DNA of 64,000 bases from the IMG/VR virus record IMGVR_UViG_3300034018_000714. One strand, written 5' to 3'. Position 1 is the first letter of the stretch. The number at the start of each line of letters is the position of its first letter. This document shows, one piece after another, positions 20,846-29,480 of this stretch. The notes beneath the pieces are model-generated. The model did not search any database, had not been told where the DNA came from, and was given only the letters and a program-made list of their open reading frames with translations. Origin of the DNA: an uncultured virus (IMG/VR IMGVR_UViG_3300034018_000714) (lineage: Duplodnaviria; Heunggongvirae; Uroviricota; Caudoviricetes). The translations under genes and the position numbers were made by a program.

Positions 20846-21373
20846 ATGCCAAGAAAATACAGTTATTATCCCGCATTTGATGGAAAAGGCGCACAGCCTG
20901 GAACCGAGAAACTGGCAGAACTTTGTGCCAAGAGATGGAAAACAAAGAATCTGGGAATTTATTCCGCCCGATTGATGCGAAACTCTAAGACCGCTGGTAA
21001 GAAAATTGGCGATCCTGGTATGGAGAAATTCCTCAGTGTCCACGCCACTGGAGCCGCTGTAGATATTGGTTATTCTGACCGCAAGGTCGGCGTTGCCATG
21101 TGGAACTGGTTCATCAAGTACACAAAAGAATTAGGAATTGAAGAAATTCATGACTATGCATTTGATGCAAACCCCAAGGACAAGAACCAAGGCTATGGAA
21201 GAGGTTTCAGGTGCTCTCGTGGGGAAAATGAGGCTGGGGTAAAAATTTTTACCGAGGACGATAACGCTGGCTCTTTTGGAGGAAAGTGGTTGCATTTAGA
21301 ACTTTCTCCTGAAATGGCTAAGGATGCGGCTAAGTTTGAAGCCGCATGGCGTGCACTTCCAAAGCCTGAATAG
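20846..21373 (+). CDS. M15/LAS-type Zn peptidase, endolysin candidate
   Basis: LSVHATGAAVD (SxHxxGxAxD) and WLHLE; TAAAAT-N6-ATG. Confidence 0.7.
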   Translation: MPRKYSYYPAFDGKGAQPGTEKLAELCAKRWKTKNLGIYSARLMRNSKTAGKKIGDPGMEKFLSVHATGAAVDIGYSDRKVGVAMWNWFIKYTKELGIEEIHDYAFDANPKDKNQGYGRGFRCSRGENEAGVKIFTEDDNAGSFGGKWLHLELSPEMAKDAAKFEAAWRALPKPE

Positions 21374-21387
21374 GCTAACATCTCTGC

Positions 21388-21525
21388 ATGGAAATTGACC
21401 CACAAGAAGTAATCAAGCATCTCTCTTCTGAGATCTCTCGTCTTAATATTGAATTAGCAATTCTAAGAGCGGCTCTTAGTAAGAAGGAATCTGATGGCGG
21501 CGAAGAAGAAACCAGGACTAGGTAA
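21388..21525 (+). CDS. Small coiled-coil protein (45 aa)
   Basis: Hand translation MEIDPQEVIKHLSSEISRLNIELAILRAAL...; TAACAT-N6-ATG. Confidence 0.55.
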   Translation: MEIDPQEVIKHLSSEISRLNIELAILRAALSKKESDGGEEETRTR

Positions 21526-22066
21526 AGGTCTTAACAGCATCCTTGCTGAAGAGGGTCGTATTGGCTCTAACAGAGAGATGCGTCAATTAATTCCTCTAGA
21601 AGCACCCACTCAAGATCCAGACGACCATCTTCCACCATTTGAAATGTTTGGTAGTCCTCGTGTTAGGGACACCGAAACACCAGATTCTGGAGAAGTTAGT
21701 GGAATAGATGTTGATTACAACACCCAATATGTGGGTGATGCTCGTCCACCAGAAGATAACTATGGTCAGGGTCCTAGCCGATCAACTCGTGTAGCGGCTC
21801 ACAAGTTTGTGCCAAATCCTGCTGAACAACTATACTTACTTGGCAGGGCAGGTGTAAACAACAAATCTGCTAACAACTTGGGCACGGTTTATGTTAAGTT
21901 CCACAAGCGTGGTGATACATACAAGTATTCCCATGTTCCTGAGAGTGTCTATAACAGTTTTGCTAATAGTAACTCAAAGGGTAGATTCATCAATGATTTT
22001 TTAAACTCATACAAATACGGAAGAATTGGTTCACGAGATGATAGGTACCACACGGGCGACTTTTAA
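21494..22066 (+). CDS. KTSC-domain protein with ParB-like N-terminal peptide
   Basis: TVYVKFHKRGDTYKYSHVPESVYNSFANSNSKGRFIN (KTSC); N-terminus KKKPGLGKGLNSIL. Confidence 0.75.
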   Translation: MAAKKKPGLGKGLNSILAEEGRIGSNREMRQLIPLEAPTQDPDDHLPPFEMFGSPRVRDTETPDSGEVSGIDVDYNTQYVGDARPPEDNYGQGPSRSTRVAAHKFVPNPAEQLYLLGRAGVNNKSANNLGTVYVKFHKRGDTYKYSHVPESVYNSFANSNSKGRFINDFLNSYKYGRIGSRDDRYHTGDF

Positions 22067-22481
22067 AAAGATCGCATCAATATTTACATACGCACCATTG
22101 GTAATCATGGTTGGTTACTTGTTGGTTTCCATTTTGGTTCACCCTGTGTTTCTTTTCCCCACTGTTGTTTACTGGTGGTTAATCTTTCATGGAGATCTAG
22201 ACCAGGTCTACATCATGGGAAACCTTTATTGGATTACCAAGCGTGATAACCGTATTGCCAGTGTCGGTAAAGGCACAATGCACCAAACATACGCCCCTTG
22301 GCGTAAAGGAGCAGGTGTATACATAGCCCTATTCAAATACTGCTTTCAATTTGGTTACGCAAAACCACAGGATCTTGATGATGAGGCTGGTATCTTGTCA
22401 GCCACACAAGGTCGTTATTTGGATTTGACCCCTCATGAGATTGGTAATGGTAATTGGGATGCTCTTCAGAAAAGAAACTAA
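22038..22481 (+). CDS. Hypothetical membrane protein
   Basis: ORF track; two hydrophobic segments; start uncertain. Confidence 0.55.
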   Translation: MIGTTRATFKKIASIFTYAPLVIMVGYLLVSILVHPVFLFPTVVYWWLIFHGDLDQVYIMGNLYWITKRDNRIASVGKGTMHQTYAPWRKGAGVYIALFKYCFQFGYAKPQDLDDEAGILSATQGRYLDLTPHEIGNGNWDALQKRN

Positions 22482-22683
22482 GAACGAAATTCCACGCCCC
22501 GCAAGAATTAAAAACATGGACGACCACCAGTTGCGTGCTTGGCTTAACTCTTGTCTTATGGAACTGGGAGCGTCTTATGACAACTGGGCATACCACCAGG
22601 CTGACCCCGCCGAATTTAATAAGATCTTGGTACTTGTCAAAGATTTGTGGGACGAGATACAGTCCCGTTCTGTTCACATTTAG
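22459..22683 (+). CDS. Small hypothetical protein upstream of terminase
   Basis: ORF track 22435-22683; start uncertain. Confidence 0.5.
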   Translation: MLFRKETKNEIPRPARIKNMDDHQLRAWLNSCLMELGASYDNWAYHQADPAEFNKILVLVKDLWDEIQSRSVHI

Positions 22684-22698
22684 TATAATGTTTACACT

Positions 22699-24261
22699 GT
22701 GATCTCAGAAGACGAACTAAATGAACCATTGGAAGACTTCGGTGACCCCGAAGAACTTGACGAAACTTCTGCGGAGTTCGTTGACCAACTGGTTAAGCGC
22801 ATCATTATTTTTACCGAAGAGTTCTGCGATGTTGAGTTCTTCCCTTACCAGATTCCAATTGCGTACCGCATTGTAGAGTCGGTAGTTTTAGGTGACGGTG
22901 ACCTGATGACCGTAGTGGCTACTCGCCAGTCGGGTAAGTCAGAAGTTCTCTCTGCCTGCATTGCAGGAATGATGGTCATCCTTCCTAAGTTGGCTCCTAT
23001 CTATCCAACATGGCTTGGAAAGTTTGATAAGGGATTCTGGGTGGGTACTTTTGCACCAACAGAAGAACAGGCAGAAACTGTGTTTAGTCGTATTGTCACT
23101 AAGTTGACCAGCGACCACGCACTTGAGTTCCTTCTTGACCCTGAAATTGACGACAAAGCAACTGGTGGAGGTACCCGTGGTCGTGGTCGTCTGATTACAC
23201 TCAAGCACGCTGGGTCTCTCTGTCGTATGCAGACTTGTAACCCCAAGGCAAAAATTGAGTCCAAGACCTACCACATGGTTCTAGTAGACGAGGCTCAAGA
23301 AGCCGATGAAGTCATGATCACCAAGTCAATTGCCCCCATGCTTGCGTTCAACAACGGATCCATGGTTCTGACTGGTACGGCTAATAGAAACAAATCATAT
23401 TTCTACCGAATGATTCAGTTTAACAAGCGCCGTTCCGCTAATGGTGGTCGTAAGTTCCGTGAGGCTCACTTTGAGTACGACTACCGTGTCGCCTCTAAGT
23501 ACAACCCTAACTACGCCAAGTTCATCTCCAAAGAGAAGTTGCGTATCGGTGAGGACTCAGACGAATTCCAAATGTCTTACATGAACAAGTTCATCCTTGA
23601 AAAAGGTATGTTTGTTACAGAAGAGCGTATGGACCGTCTCTATGACCCTTCTATGCCTCTTGTTAAAGAGTGGTGGCGCACACCTTGTGTTGCTGGGATT
23701 GATGTGGCTAGAGCCAATGACTCCACAGTAGTAACTGTGTGCTGGGTTGACTGGGACCATCCCGATGCCTTTGGTTTCTACGAGCACCGTGTTCTAAACT
23801 GGCTTGAGATTAACAATGAAGAATGGGAATCTCAGTACTTTCACATTGTGGACTTTCTGAGACATTATGACCTTCTCCGTGTAGGGGTAGACGCACAGGG
23901 CGTTGGTGGCGCTGTAGCAGAGCGTCTGGCACTTCTACTACCTAATATTGAAGTCCTACCTATTTCATCTGATTCAAAGGCTCAGAACGAGCGTTGGGTT
24001 CATCTAACTGAACTTATCCAGCGTGATCAATTAGTTCTTCCAGGACACTCCAAAGCCCGTAGAACACGCACATGGAAAAGATTTAATCAACAAATGTCAG
24101 ACCTTGAAAAGGTCTACAAAGGACCGTATCTTTTGGCTGCTGCACCTAACGAAAAGGGTGCATTTGATGACTATCCAGACTCTCTGGCTATTGCTTGTCA
24201 TATGACCTTGCAAGATACGATGCCGATGATTCAAGCCTCAAACAGCCCATTTTTCAGATAG
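22699..24261 (+). CDS. terL: Terminase large subunit
   Basis: Walker A ATRQSGKS, Walker B VLVDEAQ, motif III LTGT, nuclease AGIDVA and DDYPDSLA. Confidence 0.92.
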   Translation: MISEDELNEPLEDFGDPEELDETSAEFVDQLVKRIIIFTEEFCDVEFFPYQIPIAYRIVESVVLGDGDLMTVVATRQSGKSEVLSACIAGMMVILPKLAPIYPTWLGKFDKGFWVGTFAPTEEQAETVFSRIVTKLTSDHALEFLLDPEIDDKATGGGTRGRGRLITLKHAGSLCRMQTCNPKAKIESKTYHMVLVDEAQEADEVMITKSIAPMLAFNNGSMVLTGTANRNKSYFYRMIQFNKRRSANGGRKFREAHFEYDYRVASKYNPNYAKFISKEKLRIGEDSDEFQMSYMNKFILEKGMFVTEERMDRLYDPSMPLVKEWWRTPCVAGIDVARANDSTVVTVCWVDWDHPDAFGFYEHRVLNWLEINNEEWESQYFHIVDFLRHYDLLRVGVDAQGVGGAVAERLALLLPNIEVLPISSDSKAQNERWVHLTELIQRDQLVLPGHSKARRTRTWKRFNQQMSDLEKVYKGPYLLAAAPNEKGAFDDYPDSLAIACHMTLQDTMPMIQASNSPFFR

Positions 24262-24324
24262 ACCCGTCTAAAAAATGGTATTCTTGTAGAAAGTCACAAC
24301 CCCCTACTTGGAGGACTACCTTAA

Positions 24325-24726
24325 GTGAATGTTTCACCTGCACCAATGTTTCCTGAGAAGCACAGCCCAATGTTTGAGCGTTCGTTCGCTCCTAGCATTC
24401 CAATGAACAAGGGCCCTCTTCGTTTTGAAGAGGGTGTTGCCACTGACACCGATGTCCCTCGTGACTTCGCTCAGGGCGCATACATGGACGGCGCACCATC
24501 TCCAATGCGTATGAACCACAACAACCCAGAGATGTTCTACAAGCATGCAGAGCAGACAATGCAAGAGCGTGCACATGTTGGCGCTGCTACCTGGATTGAG
24601 GCTCCTACGGTTCTTAGCGAATTCGTACAGGGCTCAGTTGCTGGTGATGCAATGCCATACTTTGAGTATGAGTACAACACGGGTGGACACATGAACCGTC
24701 CGAACCCAACTGTCGTATACGACTGA
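24325..24726 (+). CDS. Hypothetical protein
   Basis: RBS ggagg; GPLRFEEGVATDTDVP; located between terminase and portal. Confidence 0.7.
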   Translation: MNVSPAPMFPEKHSPMFERSFAPSIPMNKGPLRFEEGVATDTDVPRDFAQGAYMDGAPSPMRMNHNNPEMFYKHAEQTMQERAHVGAATWIEAPTVLSEFVQGSVAGDAMPYFEYEYNTGGHMNRPNPTVVYD

Positions 24727-24732
24727 TAACTC

Positions 24733-25173
24733 ATGGAGGGCGCAGACTCAGGCGCTCCTGCACAGGACAGTAGTGGTCCAACCTCTACGGGCGATATGCC
24801 CATCGCTCCTGTATTTGCGGGGGCAGTAGCCCCCTACAACTTCAGGGGAAACATTAAACAACTTCGTCAAGGTTTGTTTAGTGAGCAGTTTTATAAGCGA
24901 CCAGACTTTGGAACTGAATTTACTAACCCCTATGTTCCAACACCTGTTGGTCCTCGTGGCGGTATTGATGTACAGCGCCACATGTCTGGCGTAGGTATTC
25001 CATTCTCTGATCCCTTGGATAACTTTAAGCCAGGTCGCCTTGACATTGACAAGAAGCCAGAGCCTGTTCGCCGTCCTTCTCGTCCTATTGACACTGGTCG
25101 CCAGCGTAAGCGTGGCACTGCGGCATACCGTAAGGTAAATAAGGAAAATGTAGACGCTGGAGGCGATTACTGA
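24733..25173 (+). CDS. Hypothetical protein, Pro/Arg-rich
   Basis: ORF track; TGATG coupling to next gene. Confidence 0.65.
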   Translation: MEGADSGAPAQDSSGPTSTGDMPIAPVFAGAVAPYNFRGNIKQLRQGLFSEQFYKRPDFGTEFTNPYVPTPVGPRGGIDVQRHMSGVGIPFSDPLDNFKPGRLDIDKKPEPVRRPSRPIDTGRQRKRGTAAYRKVNKENVDAGGDY

Positions 25174-26075
25174 TGGCAAAAGAACAACCATTTGGAGATC
25201 GTTATTTGTATGTCCCTACTGGACACGCAGCAGGCGGAGCAATTCCCCTTGTTGGTAAGGGCGCTGGCAATATTGACAAGGGAACCGCTACACGCATGGT
25301 CAGTGACATGACCAGAAACTTAGTTCATCTTGCTACACCGACATCCGAAGGTGGTCTTGCTACAGATGAAGATATTGAGGCTGGACGAATTTGGTACCCA
25401 AGTGCTAGACAAGAACATGCTCGTAGAATAAGTTCAATGCTTGGCACAGATCATCGTGTTGGTAGTGCCCTTATTTCATCATTAAGTCCTCAAACTGAGT
25501 GGGAACAAAACTTAATTAAAACTCATGATATTGCTACCCATGGTCGCCCAACATCAGAACTTGCTGGATGGGGTGCAGAACACATGGGCGGGGCAAATCC
25601 AGAATTTTCTACCGATGCTCGCATTCGCAAAGCACATGCCATCTTGAACCACGCACAAATGGGTGGCGCTGGAGACGGTCGTTTTAATATTACTCTTCGT
25701 GGCTACTCTAAAGAGACAGGTTTTACTGATCCAACAGAAAAACCAGTGTTTCAAAGAGGTCTTAAAACACATAGTTTTATGGAAAATATCCATGATCCAT
25801 CTAATCGTGATTTTGTAACTATTGACACTCATGCACATAACGCTGCGGTAGCATCCCGTACTCCATCTGCTGGTACTAAACTAGGCGCTTTAGGTCGGTA
25901 TAACACATTTGCACAGGCATACCACAACACAGCAGAGCACCTTGGATTAGACCCGTCAGAGACTCAAGCACGAATTTGGACTACATGGAAGCGCATGAAT
26001 CCTCAACCTGGTGGACGAAACTTTGACACTTACCTGCAAAAAACAGGTAAGTTTGACGATTACTATTCCCGTTAA
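25173..26075 (+). CDS. HhH-GPD/DNA-glycosylase-like helical domain protein (DUF7178-like)
   Basis: G..WY...LSPQTEWEQNL...KTHSFMENI...VTIDTHA...QA.IW pattern. Confidence 0.6.
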   Translation: MAKEQPFGDRYLYVPTGHAAGGAIPLVGKGAGNIDKGTATRMVSDMTRNLVHLATPTSEGGLATDEDIEAGRIWYPSARQEHARRISSMLGTDHRVGSALISSLSPQTEWEQNLIKTHDIATHGRPTSELAGWGAEHMGGANPEFSTDARIRKAHAILNHAQMGGAGDGRFNITLRGYSKETGFTDPTEKPVFQRGLKTHSFMENIHDPSNRDFVTIDTHAHNAAVASRTPSAGTKLGALGRYNTFAQAYHNTAEHLGLDPSETQARIWTTWKRMNPQPGGRNFDTYLQKTGKFDDYYSR

Positions 26076-26077
26076 TC

Positions 26078-26284
26078 ATGGATCCCGCAATCGCTTCTAT
26101 TGTCGTAGCCTGTATTGGCGTCTTCGGTAGTATTGGCGGCATTGCAATCAAAGAGTTTAAATCAATGAAGAAAACCAACGCTCAGGATCATGGTCAAGTC
26201 ATGGCTCGGTTGGACAAAGTGCAGACTTCTGTTGATGGTGTCTCTGAAAGACTTAATGACCACATTGATTGGCATTTAAAGTAG
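26078..26284 (+). CDS. Single-TM coiled-coil membrane protein (holin/lysis-like)
   Basis: N-terminal TM, C-terminal RLNDHIDWH. Confidence 0.6.
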   Translation: MDPAIASIVVACIGVFGSIGGIAIKEFKSMKKTNAQDHGQVMARLDKVQTSVDGVSERLNDHIDWHLK

Positions 26285-26317
26285 GTACTCCACATACGCA
26301 CAAGTAGGTGCTAGTAT

Positions 26318-26346
26318 TCATGATGAGGTTTATAACTTCATCATGA
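26318..26346. promoter_or_regulatory. 13-bp inverted repeat between a -10 box and RBS (operator or translation-control hairpin)
   Basis: TCATGATGAGGTT-tat-AACTTCATCATGA, preceded by TAGTAT (26312-26317) and overlapping gaggag. Confidence 0.5.
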
Positions 26347-26358
26347 GGAGATTCCTAA

Positions 26359-26655
26359 ATGGCAGACAAGCCCAAGAAGAGTTCGCTTAGTGCGGACCTT
26401 GATGCACCGCCACCGAATTACACGGTAGGTATTTGCAAAATTAAACTCATCTGCGAAACCGTAGATGAGGACGACAAACTAAGCATTGATCGTGCTGTGG
26501 AAAAAGTAAGGACTGACCGTGGTCAGGGACGCTCTAAAGCACACAGTTCAACATGGTTGACTAAGATGCTCCGTAAGAACGGGCATGACATTAGTGTCTC
26601 AACAGTACAACGACATATCAACAAGGAGTGTGCCTGTGAGCGAACTGGCGAATGA
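26359..26655 (+). CDS. Small HTH-like/Zn-binding protein
   Basis: WLTKMLRKNGHDISVSTVQRH...ECAC. Confidence 0.6.
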   Translation: MADKPKKSSLSADLDAPPPNYTVGICKIKLICETVDEDDKLSIDRAVEKVRTDRGQGRSKAHSSTWLTKMLRKNGHDISVSTVQRHINKECACERTGE

Positions 26656-27784
26656 TCTGAATACACCAGCAAACAATGCAAAAGCATTGGGTAAATTGTT
26701 GGAAGTTCTTGAGCGTCAAAATATTGATGTCAATGAAATTGGTGCTGTAAAGCGTGTATCGCTTTATCAGTCACTGACAAAAGACAAAGAGGGTGAAGCA
26801 ACAATTCACGACCTCTCCGCTATTCAGTTTTCTCCTAAGTGGGCAGAAGGTCCTGAGTGGAATCCTGTACATCAGGGACCAGCAGTTAAATTGCCACCTG
26901 TCAAAGTTACGAAGAACAACAAGCAGACAGAATGGAAGACCGCAGTTGTCCTTCCTGACATGCAGATTGGTTACTTCCGTAATTCAAAGGGTGATCTTGA
27001 GCCAATGCATGACGAGAGAGCAATTGATATTTGTGTAGCAATGATTAAGGATTTGAAGCCTGCAAAGGTTGTCATGCACGGTGACAACTTGGACTTCGCT
27101 GAGTTTGGCAAGTACCGACTTAGTCCTGCTTACGCATTGACCACACAGAAGTCAATTGACTACGCAACTATCTTGTGCGCCCGCCTTCGTGCAGTTGCAC
27201 CTGATGCTGAGATTGTTTGGCTTGCAGGTAACCATGAAGAGCGCCTTGTTAATTACACACTTGATAACGCAAAGGCTTCCTTTGGTTTGAAGCGTGGCGA
27301 CACACCAGACAACTGGCCTGTACTTTCAGTACCATTCCTTTGTCGCTTTGATGATTTCAACATCAAGTATGTTCCTGGATACCCAGCAGGGTATTACTGG
27401 ATTAACCAGAAGTTGAAAGTCATTCATGGAACCAAAGTTAAGTCAAATGGTTCTACAGCACACATGTATTTGGGTAGCGAAAAGACATCAGTGCTCTATG
27501 GTCACATTCACCGCCGTGAGTGGGCAGAAGTAACCCGTGAAGACTTTGATGGTCGTAAGACTATCCTTGCCGCTTCTGCTGGTTGTCTTGCTCGTGTTGA
27601 TGGTGTCGTACCATCTACTAAGGGTGGTATTGACCTTGACGGGCGTCCTATGACTGTTACAGAGAACTGGCAACAGGGTCTCTGTGTAGTCACCTACAAA
27701 GACGGTGATGCTGAATTCAACCTTGAGATGATCCCTATTCGTGAAGGATGGGCGATGTATCACAACAAGGAGTACACGGCATAA
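26636..27784 (+). CDS. Calcineurin-like metallophosphoesterase
   Basis: LPDMQ, GDNLD, GNHE, HG, GHIH motifs; start revised to GTG 26636 after aaggag. Confidence 0.88.
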   Translation: MSELANDLNTPANNAKALGKLLEVLERQNIDVNEIGAVKRVSLYQSLTKDKEGEATIHDLSAIQFSPKWAEGPEWNPVHQGPAVKLPPVKVTKNNKQTEWKTAVVLPDMQIGYFRNSKGDLEPMHDERAIDICVAMIKDLKPAKVVMHGDNLDFAEFGKYRLSPAYALTTQKSIDYATILCARLRAVAPDAEIVWLAGNHEERLVNYTLDNAKASFGLKRGDTPDNWPVLSVPFLCRFDDFNIKYVPGYPAGYYWINQKLKVIHGTKVKSNGSTAHMYLGSEKTSVLYGHIHRREWAEVTREDFDGRKTILAASAGCLARVDGVVPSTKGGIDLDGRPMTVTENWQQGLCVVTYKDGDAEFNLEMIPIREGWAMYHNKEYTA

Positions 27785-28401
27785 TGACTACCATTGTTGG
27801 CATCCAGGGAGATACTTACGCAGTTATCTGTACTGACTCACGCATCTCTTCATTTGATGATTCTGGAATGGCATTTCAAATCACCACTTTAGGTGCTGGT
27901 ACCTCTAAGGTTGCTTACAATGGTAAATACATTCTTGGTGCGGCGGGGGATGTGAGGGCAATTAATATCATGCACCATGCTTTCACTCCCCCAGCGCCAC
28001 CAATCAATGCCTACGGTAAAAAACTAGACCAATTCATTACCCGAATGTTTATCCCTGCTCTCAGGGCTTGTTTTGAAGAACAGGGGTACGCCAACCAAAA
28101 CCGTGACAATGGTGCCCACATTGCCGAACAAGACAGCACCATCATTGTTGTTGTCCATGGGACTGTCTACATTATTGAGAGTGACTACTCGTGGACATCG
28201 GATACCTCAGGTATCTATGCCATCGGAACTGGTTCATCCTATGCTTTGGGCGCTCTTCAAGCCCTTATCGGCACCAAGAAGTTAACCGCACAGCAGGCCA
28301 AGACTATGGCTAATAAGGCTCTGACGGTAGCCAGTAAGTTTGATCCCTACACGGGATCCCCATTTCAAGCGTTTTCCCAAGAAAGAGACGCTAAAAAATA
28401 G
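27784..28401 (+). CDS. Ntn-hydrolase of proteasome-beta/HslV type
   Basis: Start revised to MTTIVG (N-terminal Thr nucleophile); TDSR..., K, GAAG, AIGTGSSYALGAL, D.YTG. Confidence 0.85.
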   Translation: MTTIVGIQGDTYAVICTDSRISSFDDSGMAFQITTLGAGTSKVAYNGKYILGAAGDVRAINIMHHAFTPPAPPINAYGKKLDQFITRMFIPALRACFEEQGYANQNRDNGAHIAEQDSTIIVVVHGTVYIIESDYSWTSDTSGIYAIGTGSSYALGALQALIGTKKLTAQQAKTMANKALTVASKFDPYTGSPFQAFSQERDAKK

Positions 28402-28433
28402 TATCATTGGAGTGTCCATCCTAAGGAGCACTC

Positions 28434-28757
28434 ATGGCTACAAAGAACCAACAGGTCGCAGACCAGACTCTTAAGGGCGCAGTTGTAGGCGCCATCTCTT
28501 TTTTCCTTGCTAAAGCAAACATTGACCCAGGCGCACAAGCCGCAATTATGCCTCTCGTTATCACAGGTCTTGCTTACGCAAGCACACTTGTAGGGGACAA
28601 GGGAACAGCATCGTTCCTTGCTAAGGCATCTACAGAACTTCCTGAAATCGTTGAAGAAGTCACAGCAGAGGTTGCCAAGAAGAAGGCACCTGCAAAAAAG
28701 GCTGTGGCTAAGAAAGTGGCTCCAGCAAAGAAAGCAGCACCTAAGGCTGGTGCTTAA
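28434..28757 (+). CDS. Membrane protein with Lys/Ala-rich (PAKK) tail
   Basis: Two hydrophobic segments, KKAPAKKAVAKKVAPAKK tail; RBS aaggag. Confidence 0.7.
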   Translation: MATKNQQVADQTLKGAVVGAISFFLAKANIDPGAQAAIMPLVITGLAYASTLVGDKGTASFLAKASTELPEIVEEVTAEVAKKKAPAKKAVAKKVAPAKKAAPKAGA

Positions 28758-29467
28758 TGTCTGAAGAGGCATTCGTCCCGAAAGAGGGATTTAGTTACGA
28801 TAAAGCAGAAAAGGCTGGTCGTAGCGCACGCTTCAAAAGTTATGTTACTAATCTAGGTATTGTTAGAGGTACGCTAGATGATGGTGGTTCTACTACATTT
28901 GTAAGCGGTGAGAAACCAACATCTGGTACTGCTGTGTCTCTTGGTGGATTTGAGCAGACCGTTCCAAAAGATGATTTTGGTCTGTCACCGCTTCAAAGGT
29001 ACACGCACACACCAGAACACCTTGGCGCTCTTACTGCTCGCCCTAACCGTGCACTTGGTACTTGGGTAGACGCAGACCAAAAGGGTGATCCTCAAGTTTT
29101 CTTGGATGTGTCTCGTGTATTTAAGGACACCCCTCGCAGTAATCGTTTAGCCCGAATTTCCACGGTGGGAAGTAACCAGATGGGTAGTTTCAACCTTGGA
29201 ACATTCACCACTGAGTACAATCCACTACACCCTGAAGTACTCAGCCGTGTTGGCGGAGATGTCAAACTTGATGAAGGTGAAGCAGATCGCTACATGACCT
29301 CAGAAAAACCTATTGGTACTGAGGTAGTATTTGGTGAAACAACAACTCCACAAAAGATTTCTCGTGGGCGTGGTCGTAAGAGGACAACAGTACAGCCAGG
29401 ACAGGGAACATTTATTTTCACTGGTTCTGACCAAATGGCTCCTCCTCCAAACACTCAGAAAAAGTAG
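28757..29467 (+). CDS. Hypothetical protein
   Basis: ORF track; DDGGST...LGTWVD...VFLDVS. Confidence 0.7.
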   Translation: MSEEAFVPKEGFSYDKAEKAGRSARFKSYVTNLGIVRGTLDDGGSTTFVSGEKPTSGTAVSLGGFEQTVPKDDFGLSPLQRYTHTPEHLGALTARPNRALGTWVDADQKGDPQVFLDVSRVFKDTPRSNRLARISTVGSNQMGSFNLGTFTTEYNPLHPEVLSRVGGDVKLDEGEADRYMTSEKPIGTEVVFGETTTPQKISRGRGRKRTTVQPGQGTFIFTGSDQMAPPPNTQKK

Positions 29468-29480
29468 TAAGGTCTAGCAC

